IMG/VR virus record: IMGVR_UViG_3300017824_001452
Direction: 5' to 3' (one strand)
Source: a virus
Length of the DNA: 64,000 bases
How positions within the stretch are numbered: position 1 is the first letter of the stretch; each line of letters opens with the position of its first letter. The notes beneath the pieces are model-generated. The model did not search any database, was not told the origin of the DNA, and was given only the letters and a program-made list of their open reading frames with translations. Shown here piece by piece: positions 48,507 to 57,652 of this stretch. The position numbers and the translations under genes are program-made.

Positions 48507-48909
48507 ATCCAAAGAAGAAATAACTAAAGCAGTTCTTAAAGAAATACCTGAAGGTGTTGTGCCTTCCAATATGCCTATAGGAGACATTGTATTTAAAATA
48601 TGGTTAACAGGTAGGGGAGGACAAGGCTTAAGACTAAGTGAAGAAGGACTTAGATTATTTGATTTAGCAAAACTTGAATACTATGATTTTGAGTTGGGAC
48701 TTAATCCTAAAACAATGCACAAAAGAAGAATTATTGCTCCGGAAGCATTTATACAAGAAATTATAAAAAAGATTAAATGTCCATATTATCTCGGAGTCCA
48801 TAAGTTAAGAGATAAAAAAGGTGAACCTTTTATCAGAGTGTATGATCATAAGACAGCCATGATGATTACATTACATGGTAATTTAAGAGAATATTTAGAG
48901 TCTGTATGA
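48493..48909 (+). CDS. Hypothetical protein
   Basis: ATG at 48493 (MIFPKS). Confidence 0.7.
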   Translation: MIFPKSKEEITKAVLKEIPEGVVPSNMPIGDIVFKIWLTGRGGQGLRLSEEGLRLFDLAKLEYYDFELGLNPKTMHKRRIIAPEAFIQEIIKKIKCPYYLGVHKLRDKKGEPFIRVYDHKTAMMITLHGNLREYLESV

Positions 48910-48977
48910 CACTTTATGACACTTTCAATTTACATACAGCCCTTATTTCTTCCGTGGTATGACACTTTATGACACTT
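48904..48977. repeat. Two copies of GTATGACACTTTATGACACTT (each two tandem TATGACACTT), 53 bp apart
   Basis: 48904-48924 and 48957-48977 are identical. Confidence 0.9.
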
Positions 48978-49122
48978 GCTACGAAAAGTATCATAATTAA
49001 CAATTAGGTATAAATAGAGTTGTAGGAGGGTCCTACATAGTAGTATTTTTTGCACAATCCTAAAATCCTTTTTTAGGGTGCCTAAAATCTACATCCTTTG
49101 CAATACACACACGGAGACAACA

Positions 49123-49245
49123 TTGAAGAAATTCTTAAGCATTAAGCAACACTGTTCGTTTGATGGAGAAAAACTAGGGGAAGTAATGTTATTTGTAACA
49201 ACGACTTGGATCATGGTTCACTCAATCGGACAAATTGGTATTTAA
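49123..49245 (+). CDS. 40-aa peptide with hydrophobic C-terminal half
   Basis: GGAG SD and TTG start: MKKFLSIKQHCSFDGEKLGEVMLFVTTTWIMVHSIGQIGI; late box at 49009; terminator downstream. Confidence 0.55.
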   Translation: MKKFLSIKQHCSFDGEKLGEVMLFVTTTWIMVHSIGQIGI

Positions 49246-49285
49246 AATCCAATAGCAGTTCCTCAAAGAAAAGACTCAGAAAAAC

Positions 49286-49319
49286 AAAAATGCCCATTTC
49301 GCAAGATTTGGGCATTTTT
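49286..49319. terminator. Bidirectional intrinsic terminator
   Basis: AAAAATGCCCA ... TGGGCATTTTT. Confidence 0.8.
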
Positions 49320-49322
49320 CTA

Positions 49323-49351
49323 TTGACTTCGGGCAATATTTTATGTATACT
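49323..49351 (+). promoter_or_regulatory. sigma70-type promoter
   Basis: TTGACT-N17-TATACT. Confidence 0.7.
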
Positions 49352-49383
49352 GTATAAACACTTGACACATATAGGTACACAAA

Positions 49384-51087
49384 ATGACATTTTTTAAACA
49401 TATTACACTCATTCCTTTACTAGCAATCATCACTGCATGTGGTGGCGGTGGAGGTGGTGGTGACACTGCAGGAGCAATCATCGGTGGTACAATCAGTGGT
49501 GGCGGTAGTAGCGGTGGCAACAATTCTAGCGCCTCTGTATCAATGACTGCAAGTAAAACAAGCATTGTAAAAGGTGACAGTGTAACAATCACTTGGTCTA
49601 GTTCAAATGCATCCTCGTGTACAGCATCTGGTTATTGGTCAGGTAGCAAGTCATTAAGTGGCAGTGAGAACTTCACAATGGATAGTTATGGTGACTATAC
49701 GTTCTCTCTTAACTGCTCAGGTGGTACTGCAAGTGTAGATGTTACTGTTAATGACGAAGATAGTGAAGGTACGTGTACTAACCCGCACAATGCAAAAATC
49801 AAAGAAGAATATCTAGGTGACTTTGATATACCTATGCCACAGAATTCATTTGGAGAAGGACATCTTAAAGCAATCGGTTTTAAAGATTATGGTGTTCAAT
49901 GGATATACGAAAACTTAAAAAACAAAACTAACTTAGTAGAAAATTGCACATCAGCACAGTATATCAAGTTAATGTATAGAACAACATTACGCCGACTCAA
50001 AGAACATGGTGTAGAGACTGCATGGGTCTATAACTTTGGTTACTGGAACGATCACACAGAAGAAACATGGACTATCAATCACGGTCGTAAACATATAAGT
50101 GATTGGCAGATAGAATATATTGCTGAAACTGCCCAAGAATTAGGAATGAATATGCATTATGCATGGCAGTTTTTAGCCTTAGATGATACCAATACATTTT
50201 TGTTTCCTTTTGATGGCATGGTCTATGTTGACCGAGCATTGTTAAAAAGGATTATGGATACCCATGAAAAGCATATGATTTGGGAAGCAGAAAGATTAGA
50301 GCAGTTGGGTGTAGGTGGTATGTCAGCAGACTGGAGTGCTATGTGGGTTTGCTTTTGTGGACTTGAAGGTGAAGCAGATCAAGCCGAAGCCAATTGGATG
50401 GCATCATATTACATGGAACGTATGGCAGGCATTGTATCAGAAATTAAAGCAAGATTTAGTGGTGAGGTATACGTAGGAGAAGGGGTATTATGGAACGATA
50501 GTAGAGTCTTTAATGAAGTCGACGGAGTTTTACTTAGCCTGCCTAACATATTAAGCAAAGGCGAAGAACAAAATGCTACAGTCGAATTAATGGAAGAACG
50601 TATATCAAAGTATGTAAACGATCTATATAATAATTGGACTTGTAATACTCAACAACCATGTTGGGAATATACTACGTATGATCTTCCCCCAGTAATTTGG
50701 AATCTATTTGCACAAAGTCATAAAATGTTTTTAAGCACAGGTTGGAAAGAAGACGGCTTTTGCACTGAAGGCACATATGATGGTGTATCATATGAGGGTC
50801 GATGTATGCAATGGTTTATCCCAACAGATTTTTCAGCACAAGCAATTTTTATAGAAGGTATGCTTAGAGCAATTGATAAAGATCCTTGGTTCAATACAAA
50901 AGGAACTACTGCAAGTACCGCTTATTGGTTATCAGATACATTGATTCCCAGCAGTAAAGAAAGGCTTGATGATGGGATAGAGGGTTTCCCGAATATCTCT
51001 CAATCAGTAAGAGGCAAACCAGCAGAAAAAATTATTAAGGCCTGGTACACAGGAGAATATGAACAATACAATCCGGAGTATGAATAA
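49384..51087 (+). CDS. Lipoprotein: Gly/Ser linker, Ig/PKD-like domain and TIM-barrel glycoside hydrolase-like (GH113-like) domain
   Basis: Lipobox ITA-C then GGGG; TITWSSSNASSCTASG.WSG; C-terminal SVRGKPAEKIIKAWY. Confidence 0.6.
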   Translation: MTFFKHITLIPLLAIITACGGGGGGGDTAGAIIGGTISGGGSSGGNNSSASVSMTASKTSIVKGDSVTITWSSSNASSCTASGYWSGSKSLSGSENFTMDSYGDYTFSLNCSGGTASVDVTVNDEDSEGTCTNPHNAKIKEEYLGDFDIPMPQNSFGEGHLKAIGFKDYGVQWIYENLKNKTNLVENCTSAQYIKLMYRTTLRRLKEHGVETAWVYNFGYWNDHTEETWTINHGRKHISDWQIEYIAETAQELGMNMHYAWQFLALDDTNTFLFPFDGMVYVDRALLKRIMDTHEKHMIWEAERLEQLGVGGMSADWSAMWVCFCGLEGEADQAEANWMASYYMERMAGIVSEIKARFSGEVYVGEGVLWNDSRVFNEVDGVLLSLPNILSKGEEQNATVELMEERISKYVNDLYNNWTCNTQQPCWEYTTYDLPPVIWNLFAQSHKMFLSTGWKEDGFCTEGTYDGVSYEGRCMQWFIPTDFSAQAIFIEGMLRAIDKDPWFNTKGTTASTAYWLSDTLIPSSKERLDDGIEGFPNISQSVRGKPAEKIIKAWYTGEYEQYNPEYE

Positions 51088-51371
51088 TGAGTATTTGGAA
51101 TGAAGGTAGATATGCTACCAATATAAAATGGGTAGCACAGTTACTCTTTAATGGTGGAGTTGAAGAACTAGAAAAATGGTTAAACACACTAGATGAGCAA
51201 CAGGATAAGGACGATATCGTTCTTATGTTAGCACAAATGACTCAACATTTGAGCAAGACAATTGAACCCAAAGTTGAGGGTGCTGAATACAAAGGTCCTG
51301 AGCCAGTTGAATCACCAACAATCCGTCAAAAACCGTTCTTGCGTATCGTTAGAGACGATGAAACTGAGTAA
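51087..51371 (+). CDS. Hypothetical protein
   Basis: TAATG coupling; GGAG SD. Confidence 0.65.
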   Translation: MSIWNEGRYATNIKWVAQLLFNGGVEELEKWLNTLDEQQDKDDIVLMLAQMTQHLSKTIEPKVEGAEYKGPEPVESPTIRQKPFLRIVRDDETE

Positions 51372-51449
51372 GTTATTGATATTATTACAGTAAAAAAGTG
51401 AAAATAATTGGATAAAAGGCTTGACTTTGGGCACAATTTTGCGTATAAT
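51369..51449 (+). promoter_or_regulatory. IHF consensus site plus sigma70 promoter
   Basis: TAAGTTATTGATA = YAANNNNTTGATW (51369-51381); TTGACT-N17-TATAAT (51421-51449). Confidence 0.65.
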
Positions 51450-51481
51450 ATATGTATATTATGAACAATCAAGGAGAAGGA

Positions 51482-51892
51482 ATGTACTTAATTATCGACA
51501 ACACTAATCAAGCAATCCACAGAGAGCCTAACAAAAAGAGTTATGCCTCTACCCAGTACAAAACAGTAGGTGCCGCTAAAGCAGGCATTACCCGTACTGT
51601 AAAGTATTATCAAAAGGCTTATGATCAAGTTGCTGAATGCGTAGCAAATGGTGAGCCTGAGTATGCGGCTCCATTGCACAATGCATACCGTGATGCTACT
51701 GAGCCACAGTTTAATCTTACTCACAAGCAGTTTGCATCATCTTATACGATTGTTGCTGTCGAAGATTACGTTGAACCAATGATTACTAAGACTGGTATCT
51801 GTCCAGGCACTGGTAAAAAAATCACTGTAACTGAGGGAATCAATACTCCTCACTACATGTCTACACTTTCAGAATCATACTGGAGTGCATAA
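51482..51892 (+). CDS. Early hypothetical protein (INTP.Y.S..SESYWS C-terminus)
   Basis: AAGGAG SD supports the ATG at 51482. Confidence 0.75.
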   Translation: MYLIIDNTNQAIHREPNKKSYASTQYKTVGAAKAGITRTVKYYQKAYDQVAECVANGEPEYAAPLHNAYRDATEPQFNLTHKQFASSYTIVAVEDYVEPMITKTGICPGTGKKITVTEGINTPHYMSTLSESYWSA

Positions 51893-51895
51893 GGA

Positions 51896-52570
51896 ATGAG
51901 AACTATGCGTAGAAACAAAATCGAATATTCAGCCAATGATGTTTGGGCCGCTTCTGCAAAAGCATACTTGCTTAACGGCAAGACTTATGTGAAGGCACAT
52001 GAGGGTTCTGATAAGGTAAAATCCAACCGTGACATTATGTTGGAACTTCTGCAAAACAACCTTAAGGGTGTTGATGCTACTACCAAGAATCTTGGTGTTC
52101 AAGTTCGTCAACATTACAAAGCCTTGACATTTAAAATGTTGCAAGGTGGTTGGATGTCAGATTTTGATAAGTCTGCTATGGCATTAGCAGATAAAGACAT
52201 GATCACCAATTCAAGTGATTTCGGTATGATCGCAAGTCTTCCAAAAGCATATGACCGTGCTATCATTAAAAAAGGTCAAGAGGACCGAATTGCTGAGGAG
52301 TCTAAGACTTCTACTGCTATCGGTAAAATCAAAGACAGATTAGAGTTAGACATTACTGTTCTTAGAACCATTCTGTCACACAGGTATAATTGTTACTTTA
52401 TCACTGCTAAGACTAGCACTGGTAACGTAGTCTTTTTTGCCTCTTCTACTTTGCATCCAGCAGTAGACACTGAACTTAGAATTAAGGGCACAGTCAAAGG
52501 TCATCGTACTGACGATGATGGACTAGTGACCACCCAGTTGAATCGTGTTAAAGTAATGGAGGAAAAATGA
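51896..52570 (+). CDS. Hypothetical protein with C-terminal OB-fold-like region
   Basis: IGKIKDRL...IKGTVKGH...TQLNRVK pattern. Confidence 0.65.
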   Translation: MRTMRRNKIEYSANDVWAASAKAYLLNGKTYVKAHEGSDKVKSNRDIMLELLQNNLKGVDATTKNLGVQVRQHYKALTFKMLQGGWMSDFDKSAMALADKDMITNSSDFGMIASLPKAYDRAIIKKGQEDRIAEESKTSTAIGKIKDRLELDITVLRTILSHRYNCYFITAKTSTGNVVFFASSTLHPAVDTELRIKGTVKGHRTDDDGLVTTQLNRVKVMEEK

Positions 52571-52725
52571 AAAATCTAGTAATAGGCTTTGTCATAGGAT
52601 ACCTGGTTTGTACATTTATGTACGGCGGAGCAGGTGCAGTTGGTGACGTTGTAAGTGCATCAGTTACCCAACTATCCGTATGGTGGGACCAAATAGTAGA
52701 AGCATTTAATCAACCTAGGGGTTGA
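52567..52725 (+). CDS. 52-aa membrane protein
   Basis: GGAGG SD, ATGA overlap, N-terminal TM; not in track. Confidence 0.6.
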   Translation: MKNLVIGFVIGYLVCTFMYGGAGAVGDVVSASVTQLSVWWDQIVEAFNQPRG

Positions 52726-52750
52726 CATTCTTGCTGTTTGGATGTATAAT
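52722..52750 (+). promoter_or_regulatory. Consensus sigma70 promoter
   Basis: TTGACA-N17-TATAAT. Confidence 0.8.
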
Positions 52751-52776
52751 AATAGAATAATATTTAGGAGAAGCAT

Positions 52777-54213
52777 ATGAGTGCAAGTTGGATACACAAA
52801 CTTAACGAATCTAATTCAAAACTTCATAAACAAGATGTTTTGAAACAAGCATTAGAGGCAGCCACATTAGGCAGTGATAATGCAGATACGTTTCTAAAAC
52901 TTGCAGGCATGTGCTACAATCCTTACGTTACATTTGGTGTGCGTAAGGTTCCTTCTAAGACTTCAACTACTACTGAAGTAATCGAAGATCCTGAGACAGG
53001 TCAACGACAAGTCTCAATTCAACGTCCTACTGAAGCAGAAGATAATTGTTTTGCTGAGGAGAATCCTTGGGAAGACTTTGTTGCATTACTAGAAGAACTG
53101 AAAGAACGTAAGTTAACTGGTAATGCCGCTATCGAAGCAGTAGAAGAAATGGCTGTGCGATTTACTGACGATGAATGGAACAACTTTTGTGCTCCAGTCA
53201 TTCGCAGAGATTTACGTGCAGGATTTTCTGTTGCTACAATTAACAAAGTTTGCAAGAAAACTGACTACGAAGTACCAGTTTTCAAATGTCAACTTGCTAC
53301 TAACTCAGAAGGTCGCCCTGAAATGTCAGGCACTAAAAGGCTGGAACCAAAATTAGATGGTGTCAGAGTTCTGATGGTAGTATCATTTGAACCAGGCATG
53401 TATGATCACCCTGAGCCAATTGCAACATGTTACAGTCGTAACGGAAAAGTATTTGAGAACTTCACTCACATTGAAGCACAAGTAATTAGTAATGTAAGAA
53501 AAATAATTACCTTGTTAGGCAAGGAAATCGGCAATTGCAGAAATGGATTTGTGTTCGATGGTGAAGTAGTTGGTGCATCATTCAATGAATTGATGACACA
53601 AGCACGTAGAAAAACTGATGCTAAGGCTGATGATACAGTATTTCATGTATTCGATGTCATGCCACTAGCAGACTTTCAACGTGGGCATTGCAACGCACAA
53701 TTTAGAAAACGTGTTACTGCAATGAATAACTTAGCACCCTTGTTTGCTGATCTTAGTTCACTAGAAACTATGTCGCACATCATTGTTGACTTAGACACTG
53801 ATGAAGGTAAACAAGAACTTAAGACATACTCTAACGATATGGTCAATGCAGGATTTGAGGGCATTATGATCAAAGACTTAGAGGCTCCTTACGAATGTAA
53901 ACGTAACCTCTTCTGGATGAAATGGAAGCCTACTATTACTGTAGACTTAGAAGTCATCGAATTAGAACAGGGCACTGGTCGTAATGAAGGTAGACTGGGT
54001 GCATTAGTTTGTCAAGGTACAGACGATGGCAAACTTATCAAAGTAAATGTTGGGTCTGGATTTTCAGACGAACAACGAGACGAGTTCTGGTCAGCATCTG
54101 ATGATGTTATTGGCGAGACTGCTGAAGTATTATGTGATGCAGTATCTCAAAATCAGGATGGCTCGTATAGTTTACGATTCCCAAGATTCGTAAGATTTAG
54201 GGACGACAAATAA
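52777..54213 (+). CDS. lig: ATP-dependent DNA ligase
   Basis: EPKLDGVR (KxDG), SRNGK, FDGEV, EGIMIK, WMKWK, SLRFPRFVRFRDDK. Confidence 0.96.
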   Translation: MSASWIHKLNESNSKLHKQDVLKQALEAATLGSDNADTFLKLAGMCYNPYVTFGVRKVPSKTSTTTEVIEDPETGQRQVSIQRPTEAEDNCFAEENPWEDFVALLEELKERKLTGNAAIEAVEEMAVRFTDDEWNNFCAPVIRRDLRAGFSVATINKVCKKTDYEVPVFKCQLATNSEGRPEMSGTKRLEPKLDGVRVLMVVSFEPGMYDHPEPIATCYSRNGKVFENFTHIEAQVISNVRKIITLLGKEIGNCRNGFVFDGEVVGASFNELMTQARRKTDAKADDTVFHVFDVMPLADFQRGHCNAQFRKRVTAMNNLAPLFADLSSLETMSHIIVDLDTDEGKQELKTYSNDMVNAGFEGIMIKDLEAPYECKRNLFWMKWKPTITVDLEVIELEQGTGRNEGRLGALVCQGTDDGKLIKVNVGSGFSDEQRDEFWSASDDVIGETAEVLCDAVSQNQDGSYSLRFPRFVRFRDDK

Positions 54214-54221
54214 GGAAAATT

Positions 54222-54668
54222 ATGAAAATTGAAATAGGTAAGCAATATCAAATATCTAACAAATTTAAAAAATCCTATATAGAAAAGGAATTTTTAAAAA
54301 ACTATGACAACGGAGATGTTGTTGTAATTGAACAAGGATGGCGCTCTGGTAACTGGTTTGTTACTCCTCAGGATGCAGAAGAAGTTCAAATGTTAACAGA
54401 GGCTCAACAAGATGGATTCAATGATGAACTATGTGTCAATGATTTTATCGAAGCAGAAATGATAGATTCATGGGACGGTTGTTGGGACGACTGGGATTGG
54501 AGTGGTTACAAGTCAAAAGAAGGCGATGAACTTGAAGAATTCCAAGAAGAAGTATACGAAGAAGGAATGTTCTATTTGCTAGAAAATGGTTTTGATACTG
54601 ATGATTGCGAATGCTACTTTCAAGGACAAATAGTAATAGTAGAGGGCGATTCCTCTTACAAAGAATAA
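54222..54668 (+). CDS. Acidic hypothetical protein
   Basis: AAGGA SD; packed ORF. Confidence 0.75.
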   Translation: MKIEIGKQYQISNKFKKSYIEKEFLKNYDNGDVVVIEQGWRSGNWFVTPQDAEEVQMLTEAQQDGFNDELCVNDFIEAEMIDSWDGCWDDWDWSGYKSKEGDELEEFQEEVYEEGMFYLLENGFDTDDCECYFQGQIVIVEGDSSYKE

Positions 54669-54679
54669 AGGAGAATAAT

Positions 54680-54868
54680 ATGGCATTAGACAAAGAAAAC
54701 GTAATTGTATCTGAATTTACTGATGATGAAGGGAATCTTCATACATTAGCAGATATGCTTCCAGCACAACCAGGTGATGAAGATTACATCAATGTTGACG
54801 AAGGTCAATGTTGCTGTGGTGAATATGACTGCAAGGATGAATATGTTCATTGGAGTTCAGGATACTAA
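54680..54868 (+). CDS. Small acidic protein with CCCG..DC...Y.HW motif
   Basis: AAGGAG SD supports the ATG at 54680. Confidence 0.65.
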   Translation: MALDKENVIVSEFTDDEGNLHTLADMLPAQPGDEDYINVDEGQCCCGEYDCKDEYVHWSSGY

Positions 54869-54869
54869 A

Positions 54870-55184
54870 ATGGCAAAAGTAATTGTAGCAACGATGTCTG
54901 AGTGGCACCAAGTAGAAAGAAAATATGCAGTGGAAATTGACATTGCATATCTTACGGATATGTTTCCGGATAAGTCTAAAGAAGAAATTCAACAATTGTT
55001 TGATGACCTCGAATCAGGTGTTGTACTTGTTGATGACCTAGAAGAAATGGGTTACGAAGAAAATGGTTATGATAAGTTTTACGGAATCGATTGGGACTAC
55101 CTAGACGAAGACGATTGGTGGACGATGAGAAAAGGTGGATTTGATGTCACATATGATATGGAAGTAATTGAAAAAGATGACTGA
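54870..55184 (+). CDS. Acidic hypothetical protein
   Basis: ATG immediately after the upstream stop (MAKVIV). Confidence 0.7.
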   Translation: MAKVIVATMSEWHQVERKYAVEIDIAYLTDMFPDKSKEEIQQLFDDLESGVVLVDDLEEMGYEENGYDKFYGIDWDYLDEDDWWTMRKGGFDVTYDMEVIEKDD

Positions 55185-55479
55185 CCTCAATTACACTCCG
55201 GATCAATGGCCAGAGAATATCAAAAAGTTAAGACTGCATAAACTAATTGGTGCAAAATATACCTTTCCAGACGGTGATTATTTACAGGTTAGAGAAGTTA
55301 AACTTAGAGACAAGGGTATTGAAGGCAAAGGAGAAGACGGTATTGCACCTATGATTACATACCATATTCGACAAGGTCCTGGAATACCTAGACAACTTAA
55401 CATGTTTTACCAAGAATTTATTGACACATATGGTCATTTGTTTGCTAAAGAACTTGGAAGAGAAAATAATACTAAATAA
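55168..55479 (+). CDS. Hypothetical protein
   Basis: Packed ORF; true start possibly 55177. Confidence 0.7.
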   Translation: MKKMTDLNYTPDQWPENIKKLRLHKLIGAKYTFPDGDYLQVREVKLRDKGIEGKGEDGIAPMITYHIRQGPGIPRQLNMFYQEFIDTYGHLFAKELGRENNTK

Positions 55480-55503
55480 CCATGCAAAATCTTACTAAAT
55501 ACT

Positions 55504-57561
55504 ATGTACGATAATGCAGAGGAAAAATCTTATATGAAGACAAGTATCTTTATAGCCTGGCTTACTTTATTTACAGCACTTACTATCAGTGGTGTTGCCA
55601 TTTATTATTCAGTGTCAGGTCTAGCCGCTATATTCTCAGCGGCAGTTATCCCTATTATAGTTATGGGAGGAGTTTTAGAAGTAAGCAAACTTGTTACAGC
55701 AGTTTGGTTACATAGATATTGGGGAATAGCCACGTGGTGGTTAAAGACTTACCTTAGTATTGCCGTATTGGTTTTAATGTTAATTACGTCAATAGGTATC
55801 TTTGGATTCTTGTCTAAGGCACATGATACTGCATCTGGTAATGCAACAGAAGCAATTGCAACAGTACAAAGAATAGACGGGCAAATTGCAAGAGAAGAAA
55901 ACAGAATTGAAATATTAGAAGAACGTATCGCAAGTCTGCAATCCACAGACGGATTCGATGTATCTGCATCTATTACCCAACAAGAAACAATCAGAGACGG
56001 TGCATGGGAACGAGTACAGGGTGACATTGATTATGCACAGGGTCAGATAGACAGACTTAGAGATCAATTAGCAGTATTAGATGAAGCAGTAAATGACCTC
56101 AGAAACAGAGGTGTAGAAGTAATTACTACAGATGAAGGTGGAACGTTTAGACGAGCAGAGACTGAAACAATTGACTATGTGGCTCAAGCAGAAGCCCTCT
56201 ATGAACAGCAAACACCACAACGTGAGTCAATTGCAGATGATATTGCAACACAACAAGCAAACATTGACAGATACAGGGCACAAGCACAGACAACAATAAA
56301 CGATGCTAACGCAGAAATTAATCGTTTAAGAGATCAATCTACATCATCACAAGACGATGATTTGAACCAAATTGATGAATGGAACGCAGATATAGATGAT
56401 ATCTACAATGTAATCGACCAACTAAAAGATGAAAAGTTTGAGTCTGAGCAGGCAGTTAGATTAGTAGAAAGTGAAGTAGGACCCATCAGATATATCGCAG
56501 AGTTTTTTACTGGTACAGAAGAAGCAGATAATAATCTATTAGAAACCGCAGTATCATGGTTGATTATGGTTATCATTTTTGTATTCGATCCTTTAGCAGT
56601 CTTATTGCTGATTGCATCACAATATACATTTGAGCAACGCAGAAAGGAAAAACAAAGCCTGGAAAAGCCACAACCAGACGATGATCCAGATCCTGAACCC
56701 ATGGGAAAAGGGTTTGATATGGAACCTTTTGGTTCGGAACATGGTCGTCAACATATGCTTAACAGCAAAGATGATGATATCCCTGACCTAGAAGACTACG
56801 ATAAAATGAAAGCAGACCTGCAATCAAAACCAAGCAGTCCGCCTAGTGCTGTAGATGATGCCGCAAATGTCATGTCTGGTTTTGATTTAGATTTTTCAAA
56901 ATTAGAACCCAGTGTAAAAGAAGCAAAAGATGCTTTTGAAAATTGGGAACTTAGTAAGTTTCACAAAAAGTTGCAAGAAGAAGTCTCGGTTGAAAACGAT
57001 CAGGTGAGTGAGCCTGTACCCGAGCCTGTCTTAGATCAACCTGAAGTGATAACAGAAGATCCAGAGTTACAAGCAAAAATAGATGAAACTAAACAAGCAT
57101 TTAAAGAGTATGAGGGCAACAAAGTTGAAGAAGAGGTTGAAGAAGGACCTAGAGTTTCACAAGGTGTCACATACGAAAAAGTAAGAGACAGTGACTATTA
57201 TATTGACCCAGAAGGCAAACAGATACATGAAAATGCTATTAAAGAAATGCACCCTGAATTGCAATTACAAGAAGACAGTGGCGCAAGACAAGCAGGAACT
57301 AGTTTCGGAACCACATTCCCAATCATCGCAGTCAAAGGCGATATCTTTGTAAGAGTTGATCAGATGCCAAATCGTGTCTTTAAGTTTGAGGGCAAGGATT
57401 GGATGGAGATCGATAAAGATTCGACAGACTCATATACGTTTGATGAAGAATATATCAAATACATAATTGCTCAAATTAAAACAGGCGAGTATGACATTGA
57501 TTTATTATCAGAAGCAGAACGTGTCCAAGTAGAGATTTATCTTACAAAAAATTCTGGGTAA
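55504..57561 (+). CDS. Membrane protein: 3 N-terminal TM, long coiled coil, TM, acidic C-terminal domain
   Basis: YYSVSGLAAIF, GIFGFLSKAH, EVGPIRYIA, IIFVFDPLAV. Confidence 0.8.
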   Translation: MYDNAEEKSYMKTSIFIAWLTLFTALTISGVAIYYSVSGLAAIFSAAVIPIIVMGGVLEVSKLVTAVWLHRYWGIATWWLKTYLSIAVLVLMLITSIGIFGFLSKAHDTASGNATEAIATVQRIDGQIAREENRIEILEERIASLQSTDGFDVSASITQQETIRDGAWERVQGDIDYAQGQIDRLRDQLAVLDEAVNDLRNRGVEVITTDEGGTFRRAETETIDYVAQAEALYEQQTPQRESIADDIATQQANIDRYRAQAQTTINDANAEINRLRDQSTSSQDDDLNQIDEWNADIDDIYNVIDQLKDEKFESEQAVRLVESEVGPIRYIAEFFTGTEEADNNLLETAVSWLIMVIIFVFDPLAVLLLIASQYTFEQRRKEKQSLEKPQPDDDPDPEPMGKGFDMEPFGSEHGRQHMLNSKDDDIPDLEDYDKMKADLQSKPSSPPSAVDDAANVMSGFDLDFSKLEPSVKEAKDAFENWELSKFHKKLQEEVSVENDQVSEPVPEPVLDQPEVITEDPELQAKIDETKQAFKEYEGNKVEEEVEEGPRVSQGVTYEKVRDSDYYIDPEGKQIHENAIKEMHPELQLQEDSGARQAGTSFGTTFPIIAVKGDIFVRVDQMPNRVFKFEGKDWMEIDKDSTDSYTFDEEYIKYIIAQIKTGEYDIDLLSEAERVQVEIYLTKNSG

Positions 57562-57608
57562 ATCAATTACCCAAAAGTATTGCATAAACCTTCTCAATTT
57601 CATATAAT
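57555..57608 (+). promoter_or_regulatory. TGGGTAA-N5-TTACCCA inverted repeat plus sigma70 promoter
   Basis: Inverted repeat 57555-57573; TTGCAT-N17-TATAAT. Confidence 0.65.
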
Positions 57609-57652
57609 ACTAAGTAAGTTAAATTAATAACGCCCAAGTTAGGAGGGTAAGT

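Noticed and set aside
48904-48977. Canonical Pho box or mini-CRISPR
   Set aside because: Period is 10 bp, not 11. There are only two 21-bp units, themselves internally tandem, and no cas genes.
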